Positions 1 to 9,702 of a stretch of 64,000 nucleotides of DNA are shown one piece after another (within the stretch, counting starts at the first letter, position 1; the number at the start of each line of letters is the position of its first letter). The position numbers and the translations under genes are program-made. Origin of the DNA: an uncultured Chloroflexia bacterium (GTDB lineage: Bacteria; Chloroflexota; Limnocylindria; Limnocylindrales; CSP1-4); assembly GCA_963706095.1 (NCBI GenBank), contig OY970149.1, forward strand, positions 832,173 to 896,172, given 5' to 3'. The notes beneath the pieces were generated by a model. It searched no databases. It worked only from the letters and a program-made list of their open reading frames with translations, and was not told the DNA's origin.

Positions 1-62
1 GGTCCTCCGGAGCACGGCCCTCCGGCTTGGTCTCCACGAGCCGAAGCGTATACCGTGCGCCG

Positions 63-1054
63 ATGCCCACGCCGGCCGCCTCGGTCGACCTCGAATTCCG
101 CCACGTCTCGCGTCGCTACGGCGACGTGCCCGCAGTCTACGACCTCAGCTTCTCGGTGCCGGCGGGCCAGATCTGCGTGCTTGTCGGACCGTCTGGCTGC
201 GGCAAGACGACCAGCCTCAAGATGGTCAATCGGCTGATCGAGCCGACGAGCGGCCAGATCCTGATCGGCGGCGAGGACATCGCCGAACGCGATCCGATCG
301 AGCTGCGGCGCGGGATCGGCTACGTCATCCAGCAGGTCGGGCTGCTGCCTCACTTGACCATCGGCCACAACGTGGCGGTCGTGCCCCGGCTCCTGGGCTG
401 GGAGCGATCCGCGTGAAAAGGAGCGGGTCGAGGAGCTGCTCGAGCTCGTCGGGCTGGCAGCCGGGAACGTACCGCGACCGCTACCCGGCGCAGCTCTCGG
501 GCGGCGAGCGTCAACGCGTCGGTGTCGCGCGCGCGCTCGCCGCCGACCCGCCGTTGCTGCTCATGGACGAGCCCTTCGGCGCGGTCGACCCGATCGTCCG
601 CGACCGTCTCCAGAACGAGCTGCTACGACTCCAGGAGCGCCTCGCCAAGACGATCGTCTTCGTCACCCACGACATCGACGAGGCGATCAAGATGGGCGAC
701 CTGGTGGCCGTGCTCGAGGCCGGCGGCGTGCTCGCCCAGTTCGGGCCGCCGCAGGAGATCCTGGGCAATCCCGCGTCCGATTTCGTGGCGCGCTTCGTCG
801 GTGCCGATCGCGGGCTCAAGCGCCTGTCGTTGACGCGGGTCTCCGATCTGGAGCTCGAATCCTGCCCGCCCGATTTCCAACCTCAGCCCGGCCAGCCCAC
901 CTTCGAGCCGCAGACGACGCTCAAGGACGCGCTGTCGCTGATGCTCGATGCCGACGTGTCGGCCGGCGTCGTGGTCGATGGGGCCGGCGCCACGCTGGGG
1001 CTGCTGACGTATGAGCACATCGCGGCGGCGCTGCGCAACGGGAACAGCGCCTGA
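63..1054 (+). pseudogene. opuCA: Compatible-solute (glycine betaine/choline/carnitine type) ABC transporter ATP-binding protein with C-terminal CBS-like tail; frameshifted as assembled
   Basis: ORFs 27-416 and 413-1054 are pieces of one gene. Walker A GPSGCGKTT comes first. A short middle-frame stretch reads DPREKERVEELLELVGL. Then come LSGGERQRVGVARAL, Walker B LLLMDEPFGAVD and a CBS-like tail. Frames run 0>1>2 (two +1 shifts near 403 and 470). Confidence 0.8.
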
Positions 1055-1720
1055 TGGAGATCGACGTTGCCTGGATGGTCGACCATCTCGATGAGCTCGT
1101 GGCGCGGACGATCCAGCACGTCTACCTGACCGCCATCGCGGTGGCCGTCGGCTTCCTCATCTCGCTCGGCCTGGCGATCATCGCCGTCCGCCGGCGCGGC
1201 ACCTACGGCCCGATCCTTGCCTTCAGCTCGATCCTGTACACGATCCCCAGCCTCGCGCTCTTCGCGGCCCTGATCTCGATCACCGGCATCTCGCTGCTGA
1301 CCGTGCTGATCCCGCTGGTCATGTACACGCTCGTGATCTTCGTGCGCAACATCGCCACCGGGCTCGACAGCGTGCCCCGCGACGTCCTCGAGGCTGCCGA
1401 CGGGCTGGGCTACACCGGCCGTCAGCGGCTGTGGCGCGTTGAGCTGCCGCTCGCCGTGCCGCTGATCGTCGCCGGCCTTCGCCTGGCGACGGTCTCGACC
1501 ATCGGACTGGTGACAGTCACTGCGATCATGGGCGACGCGTTCGGCGGTCTCGGCTTCTTCATTCTCGAGGGCTACCGACGCAGCTTCCCGACCGAGATCT
1601 TACTTCGGCGCCATACCGTCGATCCTCCTGGCGGTCGCCTTCGACCTGATGTTCGCGCGGCTGCAGCTCGTCGCCACGCCGTGGAGCCGCGCGACGGCCA
1701 GCGGGCGCGCCGCAACCTGA
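1054..1720 (+). pseudogene. ABC transporter permease (OpuCB-like), one +1 shift near 1597
   Basis: This is the N-terminal half of the 454-aa ORF, with EAA-type loop DGLGYTGRQRLWRVELPLA. After ...PTEI the conserved tail YFGAIPSILLAVAFDLMFARLQLVATPW... reads in the next frame and ends at a TGA around 1718-1720. Confidence 0.75.
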
Positions 1721-2418
1721 TGGACGCCCTGTCGCAGACCGTCGCGTACCTGACCGATCCGGCGCACTGGAGCGGGCCGAACAGCATCCCCGTGCGCCTG
1801 GCCGAGCACGTCGCGATCTCCGCGGCGTCGCTGATCATTGCGCTGCTGATCGCCCTGCCAATCGGGATCTGGATCGGCCACACCGGCCGATTCACCAACC
1901 TGGCCGTCAACTCGGCCAACATCTGGCGCGCGCTGCCGTCGCTGGCGGTGATCGCGATCGTGCTGCCCATCACCGCGGCGATCGATCCGCAGGCCGGATT
2001 CAAGATCTACCCGACGATCATCGCCATGGTCGTGCTGGCGGTGCCGCCGATCCTGGTCAATGCCTACGCCGGCGTCGCCGAGGTCGACCGTGACGCGCTC
2101 GAGGCCGGCCGCGGGCTGGGCATGAGCGAGCGCCAGCTGTTGGGCCGCGTCGAGCTGCCACTTTCGGTGCCGGTCATCTCCACGGGCATCCGCTCGGCCA
2201 CGGTGCAGGTCATCGCCACCGCAACGCTGGGTGCCATCTTCGGCTTCGGCGGGCTGGGTCGCTACCTTGTCGACGGGCTGTCGAACCTCAGCCGTGGCGG
2301 CGTCGGCATGATCTTCACCGGCGTCATCCTCGTTTCAGGTCTCGTCGTCGTCACCGACCTGGTCCTGACGCTGATCCAGCGGCGGCTGACACCTGTAGGA
2401 CTGCGAGGCTCGCGCTAG
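1720..2418 (+). CDS. ABC transporter permease (OpuCD-like)
   Basis: The ATG overlaps the preceding natural stop (TGATG). Second permease domain: MDALSQTVAYL..., EAA loop EAGRGLGMSERQLLGRVELPLSVP, multiple TM segments. Confidence 0.8.
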   Translation: MDALSQTVAYLTDPAHWSGPNSIPVRLAEHVAISAASLIIALLIALPIGIWIGHTGRFTNLAVNSANIWRALPSLAVIAIVLPITAAIDPQAGFKIYPTIIAMVVLAVPPILVNAYAGVAEVDRDALEAGRGLGMSERQLLGRVELPLSVPVISTGIRSATVQVIATATLGAIFGFGGLGRYLVDGLSNLSRGGVGMIFTGVILVSGLVVVTDLVLTLIQRRLTPVGLRGSR

Positions 2419-2518
2419 AGCTGGGAATGATCCGATGGGTGAACCGCGGCGCACAGCACGGTATAGTCCGGCGGTCAAGGTCCGGGCTAACCGGAACTAC
2501 CTTCAGAGGAGGTTACCC

Positions 2519-3445
2519 ATGCGGCAGACCCGCATGCTTGCTCTCGGGGCAGCGGCACTCGTGCTTCTCAGCGCGTGCTCGCTGGGTGGGAGCAACAGGC
2601 CAACAATCAAGATGGGCTCCGTCGGCTTTGCCGAGGCGCGCGTCATGGCGGAGATCTACGCCCAGGTTCTCGAGGACATGGGCTTCACCGTCACGCGCGA
2701 CGGCATCGGCCTCGGCGACCGGGCCGTCCTCCAGCCAGCCATCGAAAGCGGTCAGATAGACATCCAGCCCGAGTACATCGGCAGCCGTCTGGCGTTCGAG
2801 GGTGGTACGCCGACCGGCGATGCAAATACCAATCGGACCGAGCTCCAGGCCCTGCTCGAGCCTAAGAACCTGACCGTCTTCGCCTTCACCCCGGCGGTCG
2901 ATACCAACGCGTTCGTCGTTCGCCAGGAGACCGCCGACGAGTTTGGCCTCGAGACGATCGGCGATCTCGCCGCGGTCCAGGGCGATCTCAACTGGGGCCT
3001 GCCGACAGACTGCCCGGAAAACCCGCTGTGCGGCGCCGGCGGCGGTGCGCTGGAGCAGTACGGCATAACCCAGGACACGATCGCCGGCGCGACCAAGCTC
3101 GGCGCGTGCGACACGCCCATGGCTGACGCACTGCGCACGGAAACGATCGATGTCGCCGAGCTGTGCTCGACCCAGCCGGACATCATCGTCAACAGCTGGG
3201 TCGTGCTCGAGGACGACCTGGCGACGCAGCCGGCCGACAACGTCGCACCCATCGTGCGCGACAGCCTGCTCGAGCAGCTCGACCAACAGGGCCTGGCGAC
3301 TCAAGTCCAGGAGGCACTGAACACCGTCTCACAGGCGATCGACACGCCAACGCTGGCTGACCTGTACAAGCAGGTCCAGGTCGACAATCGCGACGCGCGG
3401 GACGTCGCCGCCGAATGGCTCCAGGAGAACGGCTTCCTCGAGTAG
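2519..3445 (+). CDS. Glycine betaine/osmoprotectant ABC substrate-binding lipoprotein
   Basis: Internal Met of ORF 2435-3445 follows GAGGAGG. Lipobox signal is MRQTRMLALGAAALVLLSAC. OpuAC/OsmF-like body (IKMGSVGFAEARVMAEIYAQVLE...). It follows the two permeases. Confidence 0.8.
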   Translation: MRQTRMLALGAAALVLLSACSLGGSNRPTIKMGSVGFAEARVMAEIYAQVLEDMGFTVTRDGIGLGDRAVLQPAIESGQIDIQPEYIGSRLAFEGGTPTGDANTNRTELQALLEPKNLTVFAFTPAVDTNAFVVRQETADEFGLETIGDLAAVQGDLNWGLPTDCPENPLCGAGGGALEQYGITQDTIAGATKLGACDTPMADALRTETIDVAELCSTQPDIIVNSWVVLEDDLATQPADNVAPIVRDSLLEQLDQQGLATQVQEALNTVSQAIDTPTLADLYKQVQVDNRDARDVAAEWLQENGFLE

Positions 3446-3469
3446 CCGTACCGCTACCAGTTCCTATGA

Positions 3470-3508
3470 GGCTGAGGGCCCGCAAGCGCGGGCCCTCAGC
3501 CGTTTCTG
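3470..3508 (+). terminator. Rho-independent-type terminator hairpin after the opu operon
   Basis: Perfect 14-bp GC-rich stem GGCTGAGGGCCCGC / GCGGGCCCTCAGCC with a 4-nt loop, followed by GTTTCTGG. It lies in the gap between the SBP stop and the next start. Confidence 0.6.
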
Positions 3509-3522
3509 GATACCATCGGTCC

Positions 3523-3981
3523 GTGACATCCCAGCTCGCCGGAGAGCAGCAGCAGCTGCTGTCCGAAAACGCCCGCGCCTTTCTCGGCGCCACTCCCCCG
3601 CGACACGCCACGATCGCCACGGTCAACCGCGATGGTGGGCCGCATCAGATCGTGATCTGGTATCGCTTCGAACCGGGCACGGGCGCGCGTGGCGACCGCT
3701 TCATCGTGAATTCGCTGCGCGGCCGGCGCTGGCCGGCGAACCTCGAACGCGAGCAGCGCGCCAGCCTGGCCATCCACGCCGGCGAGGACGCGGTCACCAT
3801 CGAATGCGCAATCGACCGTGTGTACGACGGCGAGGCAGCACTGGCCGACATCAGTGAGATGGCGCGCCGTTACTACACGCCTGAAGACGCACAGGTCAGC
3901 ATCAACCGGTTCTCGACGCAGGACCGGATCACCTTCGTGCTCGTTCCGGTCAAGGCCCACATCCATGGAGACCCACACTGA
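3523..3981 (+). CDS. PPOX-class (pyridoxamine 5'-phosphate oxidase-like) probable F420-dependent enzyme
   Basis: GTG start after the terminator. ...ARAFLGATPPRHATIATVNRDGGPHQIVIWYRF... is a typical split-barrel PPOX/F420H2-oxidoreductase N-terminus. The gene sits in the F420 island. Confidence 0.6.
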   Translation: MTSQLAGEQQQLLSENARAFLGATPPRHATIATVNRDGGPHQIVIWYRFEPGTGARGDRFIVNSLRGRRWPANLEREQRASLAIHAGEDAVTIECAIDRVYDGEAALADISEMARRYYTPEDAQVSINRFSTQDRITFVLVPVKAHIHGDPH

Positions 3982-4970
3982 TGGCTGTCCAGCCGATCGG
4001 CTACGCGGCAATGCTCGAGCAGTTCCATCCGACTGATCTCCTCGATTGGTGCGTCGCCGCGGAGGAGGCCGGCTTCAGCGGCGTCATGGCCGCCGACCAC
4101 CTTCAGCCGTGGGTGCCGCAGCAGGGCCAGGCCGCATTCGTTTGGGCGTTCATGGCGGCCGTCGCCGAGCGCACCAAGGGCGATGTCGGCCCCGGCGTCA
4201 CCTGTCCCACCTTTCGCACGCACCCGGTCGTCATCGCCCAGGCCGCCGCCACCATGGCGGCGATGTACCCCGGTCGGTTCTGGCTCGGCCTGGGCAGCGG
4301 CGAGGCGCTCAACGAGCATGTCGTGGCCGAGTATTGGCCGGAGGCACCCGAGCGCATCAACCGTATGTTCGAGGCGATCGAGCTCTTCAACCGTCTCTTC
4401 ACCGGCAAGGACACCAAGCACGACGGCCGCTTCTTCAAGATGGAGACGGTCAGGCTGTGGACCATGCCCGAGACGCCGCCCGATATCTACGTGGCCACAG
4501 CAGGGCCCATCACCGCCCGCCGGACTGGCATGGCGACGAACGGCCTGATCACTGTCGGCGCACCTGAGACCAAGCTCGAGATGATCCGCAGCAAGTGCGA
4601 GGAGGGTCGCCGCGAGGCGGGCGCCGATCCGGCCACCTTCAAATACATCCTGCAGCTGCACCTCTCGTGGGCCGAGACCGATGAAGAGGCGCTGGCCAAC
4701 GCCATGACGGAGTGGCCCAATGGCGGCATGAAGTTCCCCAAGGCCGACATTCGCTCGCCCCAGGACTTCGAGCAGATGGCCAAGCTCGTCCGCCCCGAGG
4801 ACTTCCAGGGCCGAATGCTGATCTCCTCAGATCTAGAGGCGCACCGACGCGAGATCCAGCGCTTCGCCGACATGGGCTTCGACAAGATCTACCTGCACAA
4901 CGTCGGCCGCAACCAGAAGGAGTGGGTCGAGGCGTTCGGGCGCGAGGTTCTGCCCAAGATCAGCTGCTGA
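3981..4970 (+). CDS. LLM-class F420-dependent oxidoreductase, glucose-6-phosphate dehydrogenase (Fgd) family
   Basis: 329 aa, alignable by eye to mycobacterial Fgd1: GY.A..EQF.P..L...A..AE..GF......DH.QPW, FLGLGSGEALNE, HL.F..VG....EWVE.F. The actual substrate is not certain. Confidence 0.7.
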   Translation: MAVQPIGYAAMLEQFHPTDLLDWCVAAEEAGFSGVMAADHLQPWVPQQGQAAFVWAFMAAVAERTKGDVGPGVTCPTFRTHPVVIAQAAATMAAMYPGRFWLGLGSGEALNEHVVAEYWPEAPERINRMFEAIELFNRLFTGKDTKHDGRFFKMETVRLWTMPETPPDIYVATAGPITARRTGMATNGLITVGAPETKLEMIRSKCEEGRREAGADPATFKYILQLHLSWAETDEEALANAMTEWPNGGMKFPKADIRSPQDFEQMAKLVRPEDFQGRMLISSDLEAHRREIQRFADMGFDKIYLHNVGRNQKEWVEAFGREVLPKISC

Positions 4971-5555
4971 TCAGAGTCGCGAAGCCGCGGTCGTCCCTAG
5001 GGCGATGGCAAGAGCTCGCGGGTCGATCGCCTCGCTATCGACCAGGGCTATCTGGACGGCATAGATGCGCCCGTTTTTGGCGAAGTTCAGGACGTTGAGA
5101 TCGGGCATCCAGTAAGCGTCGTCGCCCACGGCCACATCCTCACCGTCGGGAAACAGCGTTCGTGCATCGTCGAGCGCGTTGCTGAAGTCCACGCGCAGGT
5201 TCACGAAGGCGGCGGGAGTCCCCAGCTCGTTGGGCTCGCCCACGTCCCAGTTGCACTCGCCCTCGAGGTCGTAGTCCGCGCCAAGGACGGCCGGTGCTCC
5301 GCCCGCCGCAGCCGAGACCTCCTCGAGGGTGACGATGTGGCACAGGTTGCCCTCGATCGCCGCGCCGGTCGGCTGGGCCGCGGAGTCGGTCTGGGTGGGG
5401 CCTGCCTGGCTCGGCGCAGCGGGGCCGCTGGTCGCGGCGGCGGGACGGGTCGGCAGGGGATTGCCGCTCGGAGCGGCTGCCAGGTTGACGCACGCCCCCA
5501 GGACGACAACGGCAGCAAGGACGCCGGCGCCAAGCGTGAAACGCGAAATGGTCAT
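4971..5555 (-). CDS. Lipoprotein, DUF3558-like two-Cys domain (paralog of 6602-7153)
   Basis: Signal plus lipobox VVLGAC, a Pro/Ala-rich linker, then C..IVTLEEVSAA...C.W domain. Confidence 0.6.
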   Translation of the reverse strand: MTISRFTLGAGVLAAVVVLGACVNLAAAPSGNPLPTRPAAATSGPAAPSQAGPTQTDSAAQPTGAAIEGNLCHIVTLEEVSAAAGGAPAVLGADYDLEGECNWDVGEPNELGTPAAFVNLRVDFSNALDDARTLFPDGEDVAVGDDAYWMPDLNVLNFAKNGRIYAVQIALVDSEAIDPRALAIALGTTAASRL

Positions 5556-5624
5556 TTCATCCCCCTCAGTACAGGCCGACCCTTATAGCACGTCAGTCAG
5601 CGCGCGGCGCCACACTGTGACGCG

Positions 5625-6578
5625 ATGAGACGGACATCGGTCGTGGTCCTGGCCGGCGGCTTCGGCGGCGCGCGCATGGCCCACGGTTTCGCCCAGCTTT
5701 CGGACCGTGTCGATCTGAGCGTCGTCGTGAATACCGGCGACGATCTCGAGCTCCACGATCTGCACATCTCGCCCGACCTGGACACGGTCATGTACACGCT
5801 CGCTGGCCTGGCCAACGAACAGACTGGCTGGGGCGTCCGCGACGAGACCTGGTCAGGCGCGCAGATGCTCGAGCGCTACGGCCGGCCAACGTGGTTCCGG
5901 CTGGGCGATCGCGACCTCGCGACCCACATCGCGCGCACGGAGCGGCTGCGCAGCGGTAGCCGCCTGACTGAGGTGACGGCCGAGCTTGCGCGCAGCCTGG
6001 GCATCAGCGCGCAATTGCTGCCGATGACCGATGAGCGGGTGCGGACGCAGATCCAGACCACCGAGGGCTGGCTGGATTTCCAGGACTACTTCGTGCGCCG
6101 CCACCACGCCGACGATGTGGTCGGCTTGCGCTTCGACGGCATTGACGTCGCAAGACCGACGGCTGAGTCGCTGGCCGCGATCGCGTCCGCCGACCTCGTG
6201 GTCGTGGCGCCGTCGAATCCATTCGTCAGCGTGGCCCCGATCCTGTCCGTGCCCGGATTTGCCGACGCGATCGCGGGCTCGGCCGCGCCCGTCGTTGCCG
6301 TCAGCCCGATCATCGGGGGCGAGGCGGTACGTGGTCCCGCGGCGCAGATGATGCGCTCGCTCGGGGTCGAGCCTGGGTCGGCGGGCATCGGCCGGCACTA
6401 CGCGAGTGCCTGGCCCGGCCTGATCGACGTGCTCGTGATCGACCGATCTGACGCCGATGACGTGGTAGCAGTGGCAGCGAACGGCGCGCGCGCGTTCGTG
6501 ACGGGCACGCTCATCGCCGAGGAATCGGAAAGGCGCCGGCTCGCCCAGGAGATCCTGGAGGTCGCCGGCGCCCGTTGA
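5625..6578 (+). CDS. cofD: 2-phospho-L-lactate transferase (F420 biosynthesis)
   Basis: VVVLAGGFGGARMAHG, VVVNTGDDLELHDLHISPDLDTVMYTLAG, WGVRDETW, PSNPFVS. Confidence 0.85.
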   Translation: MRRTSVVVLAGGFGGARMAHGFAQLSDRVDLSVVVNTGDDLELHDLHISPDLDTVMYTLAGLANEQTGWGVRDETWSGAQMLERYGRPTWFRLGDRDLATHIARTERLRSGSRLTEVTAELARSLGISAQLLPMTDERVRTQIQTTEGWLDFQDYFVRRHHADDVVGLRFDGIDVARPTAESLAAIASADLVVVAPSNPFVSVAPILSVPGFADAIAGSAAPVVAVSPIIGGEAVRGPAAQMMRSLGVEPGSAGIGRHYASAWPGLIDVLVIDRSDADDVVAVAANGARAFVTGTLIAEESERRRLAQEILEVAGAR

Positions 6579-6601
6579 CCTTTGTTGCCCGACGCGGTGC
6601 G

Positions 6602-7153
6602 TCAGGGCATGCGCGTGATGGCCGTGTTGGCGACCTGTACCAGGCGGTCGATCAAGGCCGGATCCTCACCGAGAAGGATGCCCTGGACGGCCAGCTGGTC
6701 GGCAGGCCGCTGCACGTAGACGCCGGGCTGGCCGAAGACGCGACCGCTGATTGCCGGGAAGCCGCCCACGGTCAGGTCCGCGGCCGAATCGCCGAACAGG
6801 AAGCGCGCCCCCGTCAGGTCTGTATCCGGCGTAACACTGATGAGGACGCCGCTGAAGCCGCCGGTGTAGGTGCAGCTGCTGTTGTCGTTCCCGGTCACGG
6901 TGTACGTGGCGCCCATGATCGCGCTGAGCTCCGCCGCCGAGATCAGCGCACAGCTGCCGCTGTTTGGATCTGCGCTCGGCAGGTTGAGGCCGCTCGGCAG
7001 GTTGAAGCCGCTCGGGAGCGAGATCGGCGGGATGGTGAAGCCCGGCGGCACGGTCGGGATCGGCGGGATGCTCGGGATCGTTATCGACGTGCAGCCCACG
7101 ATGATCAATACGGCGCCCACGACGGAAAGCGCCAGTCGGCGAATGGCAAGCAT
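6602..7153 (-). CDS. Lipoprotein, DUF3558-like two-Cys domain
   Basis: Internal Met MLAIRRLALSVVGAVLIIVGC (lipobox). Pro-rich repeat linker (IPSIPPIPTVPPGFTIPPISLPSGFNLPSGLNLPS). Then C.LISAAELSAI...C.Y domain resembling 4971-5555. Confidence 0.6.
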   Translation of the reverse strand: MLAIRRLALSVVGAVLIIVGCTSITIPSIPPIPTVPPGFTIPPISLPSGFNLPSGLNLPSADPNSGSCALISAAELSAIMGATYTVTGNDNSSCTYTGGFSGVLISVTPDTDLTGARFLFGDSAADLTVGGFPAISGRVFGQPGVYVQRPADQLAVQGILLGEDPALIDRLVQVANTAITRMP

Positions 7154-7210
7154 TCGATCCTCCTTCTCTCTGAGACGCGAATTTAGCACCCGAGCGCCTA
7201 CCATCGCGCC

Positions 7211-7918
7211 GTGAACCCATCCGTGGCGCGCCTTTCGAGGGTGCACGCAATCGTCCCGATACGGACGCGCCACGAGGCCAAGAGCCGGTTGGGCATCGCG
7301 CTCGACGCCGAGGAACGCGAGATTCTCGTGCTCGGCCTGCTCGTGAACACCCTGCGCACCCTGGCTGCCTGGAAGCCGCTGCGCACGTTGCACGTCGTCG
7401 CCGCTGACAGCGACCTGGCTGTCGTCCGGTCAAGGATTGCGGCGAGCCTCAACTTCGTTCGCGACCCGGCCATGGATCTCAACGAAGCGCTGCGCGCCGG
7501 CCGCGACGCCGCCGTCGCGGCCGGCGCCACGGCCGTGCTGATGCTCCCCGCCGACCTGCCGCTGCTCGACGTCGCGGCGCTCGACCGGCTGCTCGACGCG
7601 GCCGACGCTGCTCTCGTCGCCGGCAGCGGCCGCCCCGTCGCGGTCATCGTCCCGGCCGATGCGCGCGCCGGCACCAACGGCCTGCTCCTGACGCCGCCCA
7701 ACGTCATCGAGCCGCATTTCGGTGTCGCCAGCTTCGAGGCCCACCTGCGCGCGGCGTCCCTGGTCGATGCCAGCGTGCAGGTCGTCGACGACGCCCGGCT
7801 CGGGTTCGATTTGGACACGCCAGACGACCTCGAGCGCCTCGAGCTCTCGCGCCAGCTCGAGCTCCAGGCCATGGGCGAGGAGCTGGCGGCCGAGTTCATG
7901 ACCGCCACTCACGGCTGA
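7211..7918 (+). CDS. cofC: 2-phospho-L-lactate (or PEP/3PG) guanylyltransferase (F420 biosynthesis)
   Basis: HAIVPIRTRHEAKSRLG, DLNEAL, LMLPADLPLL, the typical CofC/FbiD layout. The start is either 7211 or GTG 7241. Confidence 0.75.
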   Translation: MNPSVARLSRVHAIVPIRTRHEAKSRLGIALDAEEREILVLGLLVNTLRTLAAWKPLRTLHVVAADSDLAVVRSRIAASLNFVRDPAMDLNEALRAGRDAAVAAGATAVLMLPADLPLLDVAALDRLLDAADAALVAGSGRPVAVIVPADARAGTNGLLLTPPNVIEPHFGVASFEAHLRAASLVDASVQVVDDARLGFDLDTPDDLERLELSRQLELQAMGEELAAEFMTATHG

Positions 7919-7929
7919 GCCAAGGTCCG

Positions 7930-8713
7930 ATGCCCGGCCTGACCGCCGTCGCCCTGCCAGCACTGCCAGAGATCCAGCCAGGCGACGACCTCGCCACGCT
8001 TATCGCGGAGGCGTGGCGGACGATGGCGGCCTCGAGATCCCGCACTCGGTCCGCGCGCCACGGACGTCCTGGTCGTCACCCAGAAGATCGTGTCGAAGGC
8101 CGAGGGCTGCCTGGTCGATCTGACCACCATCGAGCCCCGAGCGGAGGCCGTCGAGTACGCGGCGCAGTGGCAGCGTGACGCGCGCCAGGTCGAGGTCGTG
8201 CTGCGCGAGTCGGCCGAGATCCTGCGCATGGAGCGCGGCCTGATCATCAGCCGAACTCACCACGGCTTCGTGTGCGCCAACGCCGGAGTCGATGCCTCGA
8301 ACACCGGCCGCGCGGAGATCGTCACCCTGTTGCCGCGCGATCCCGACGCGTCGGCGCGCGTCCTGCGAGACGACATCGCACGGCTGATGGAGCTGTCTGC
8401 GGAGGACGCGCCGGCGATCATTATCAGCGACTCGTTCGGACGACCGTGGCGCTTCGGCATCGTCGATGTCGCCCTCGGTGTGGCGGGCATCGCGCCGCTC
8501 GCCGACCTGCGCGGCACGCCCGACGCCGACGGCCGCATGATGCAGCTCGACCATCGTCGCCGTCGCCGACAGATCGCCTCAGCCGCCGAGCTGGCGTCGG
8601 GCAAGACGAGCGGCCAGCCCGTCGTGCTGGTGCGCGGCGTCGACTTCGACCGCCGTGAGGCTTCCGTGGCCGCGGAGGTCGTCATGCCCGGAGAGATGGA
8701 TCTCTTTCGCTGA
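7930..8713 (+). pseudogene. cofE: F420-0:gamma-glutamyl ligase, stand-alone (no FbiB C-terminal domain); about 4 frame changes as assembled
   Basis: MPGLTAVALPALPEIQPGDDLATLIAEA, then shifts near 8010-8060. VLVVTQKIVSKAEG...ANAGVDASN...IISDSFGRPWR follows. A local out-of-frame patch around 8545-8572 reads STIVAVAD in the alternative frame. Confidence 0.75.
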
Positions 8714-8741
8714 TTCGCTTGTTCGGTAGCATCGGCTCACC

Positions 8742-9659
8742 TTGAAGCTCGGCCTCCAGATCTCCTCCTTCACCTGGCCCGGCGGAGACGCCGAGATCGG
8801 ACCGACCCTGGCGCGCATCTGCCGCGCGGCCGACGACGCCGGCTTCGACTCGATCTGGGTGATGGACCACCTCTTCCAGATACGCAGCGTGGGTGAGCTG
8901 GAGGAGCCGATGCTCGAGGGCACGACGGCGCTCGGCTTCATGGCCGCCCACACGCAGCGCGCCCGGCTGGGGCTGATGGTCGGGGCTGTTCCCTACCGCC
9001 AGCCCGGAATGTGGCTCAAGGCGGTGACGACGCTCGACGTGCTCTCCGGCGGCCGCGCCTGGCTCGGAATCGGTGCCGCCTGGAACGTCGAGGAGGCGCG
9101 CTCGCTGGGCATCCCCTTCCCTGAGCTGCCTGATCGCTTCCGAATGCTCGAGGACACGCTCAAGATGGCCCGCCAGGCCTGGCGCGGCGAGCTCGATGCG
9201 GGCGGATTCCAGGGCCGCACGACGCGCGCCGAGCGGCTCATGCTCAGCCCGCAGCCGCTGTCCCAGCCGAGCATCCCGATACTCGTGGGCGGCGGTGGCG
9301 AGCGGACAACCCTGCGTCTCGTGGCGCGCTACGCCGACGCGTGCAACGTGTTTGGCGCCCCGGACATGCTGCGCCACAAGTTCGACGTCCTGCGGCGCCA
9401 CTGCGAGGCCGTGGGCCGTGACTACGACACGATCGAGAAGACCAACCTATCGACGGTGTCGATCACGCCCGACGGCCACCGTGGGTCGCTCACGCCGGCA
9501 GAGCTTCTCGAGCGGCTCGGCGGCTGGTCCGAGGCCGGTTCGCACCAGACGATCGTCTCGATCCGGGGCGTGAGCGACGTGTCCAAGATCGAGCTCATCG
9601 GCCGCGATGTCATTCCGCAGCTGGCTGGCCTGGGCGAACCCAGCCCGCTCGACCGCTGA
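8742..9659 (+). CDS. LLM-class F420-dependent oxidoreductase (Rv1855c-like family)
   Basis: MKLGLQISSFTWPGG..., GFDSIWVMDHLFQ, LGIGAAWNVEEA, the typical luciferase-like monooxygenase fold signature. Confidence 0.7.
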   Translation: MKLGLQISSFTWPGGDAEIGPTLARICRAADDAGFDSIWVMDHLFQIRSVGELEEPMLEGTTALGFMAAHTQRARLGLMVGAVPYRQPGMWLKAVTTLDVLSGGRAWLGIGAAWNVEEARSLGIPFPELPDRFRMLEDTLKMARQAWRGELDAGGFQGRTTRAERLMLSPQPLSQPSIPILVGGGGERTTLRLVARYADACNVFGAPDMLRHKFDVLRRHCEAVGRDYDTIEKTNLSTVSITPDGHRGSLTPAELLERLGGWSEAGSHQTIVSIRGVSDVSKIELIGRDVIPQLAGLGEPSPLDR

Positions 9660-9702
9660 GCGCCCGCCGCGATACTCCCCTGGGGTATACGCCGATGCTA
9701 CG

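Noticed and set aside
2419-2518. 100-nt leader before the substrate-binding protein gene as a possible riboswitch.
   Set aside because: It contains only a short CCGG-N10-CCGG stem. I recognise no known riboswitch core, and it lies inside an operon rather than at its 5' end.
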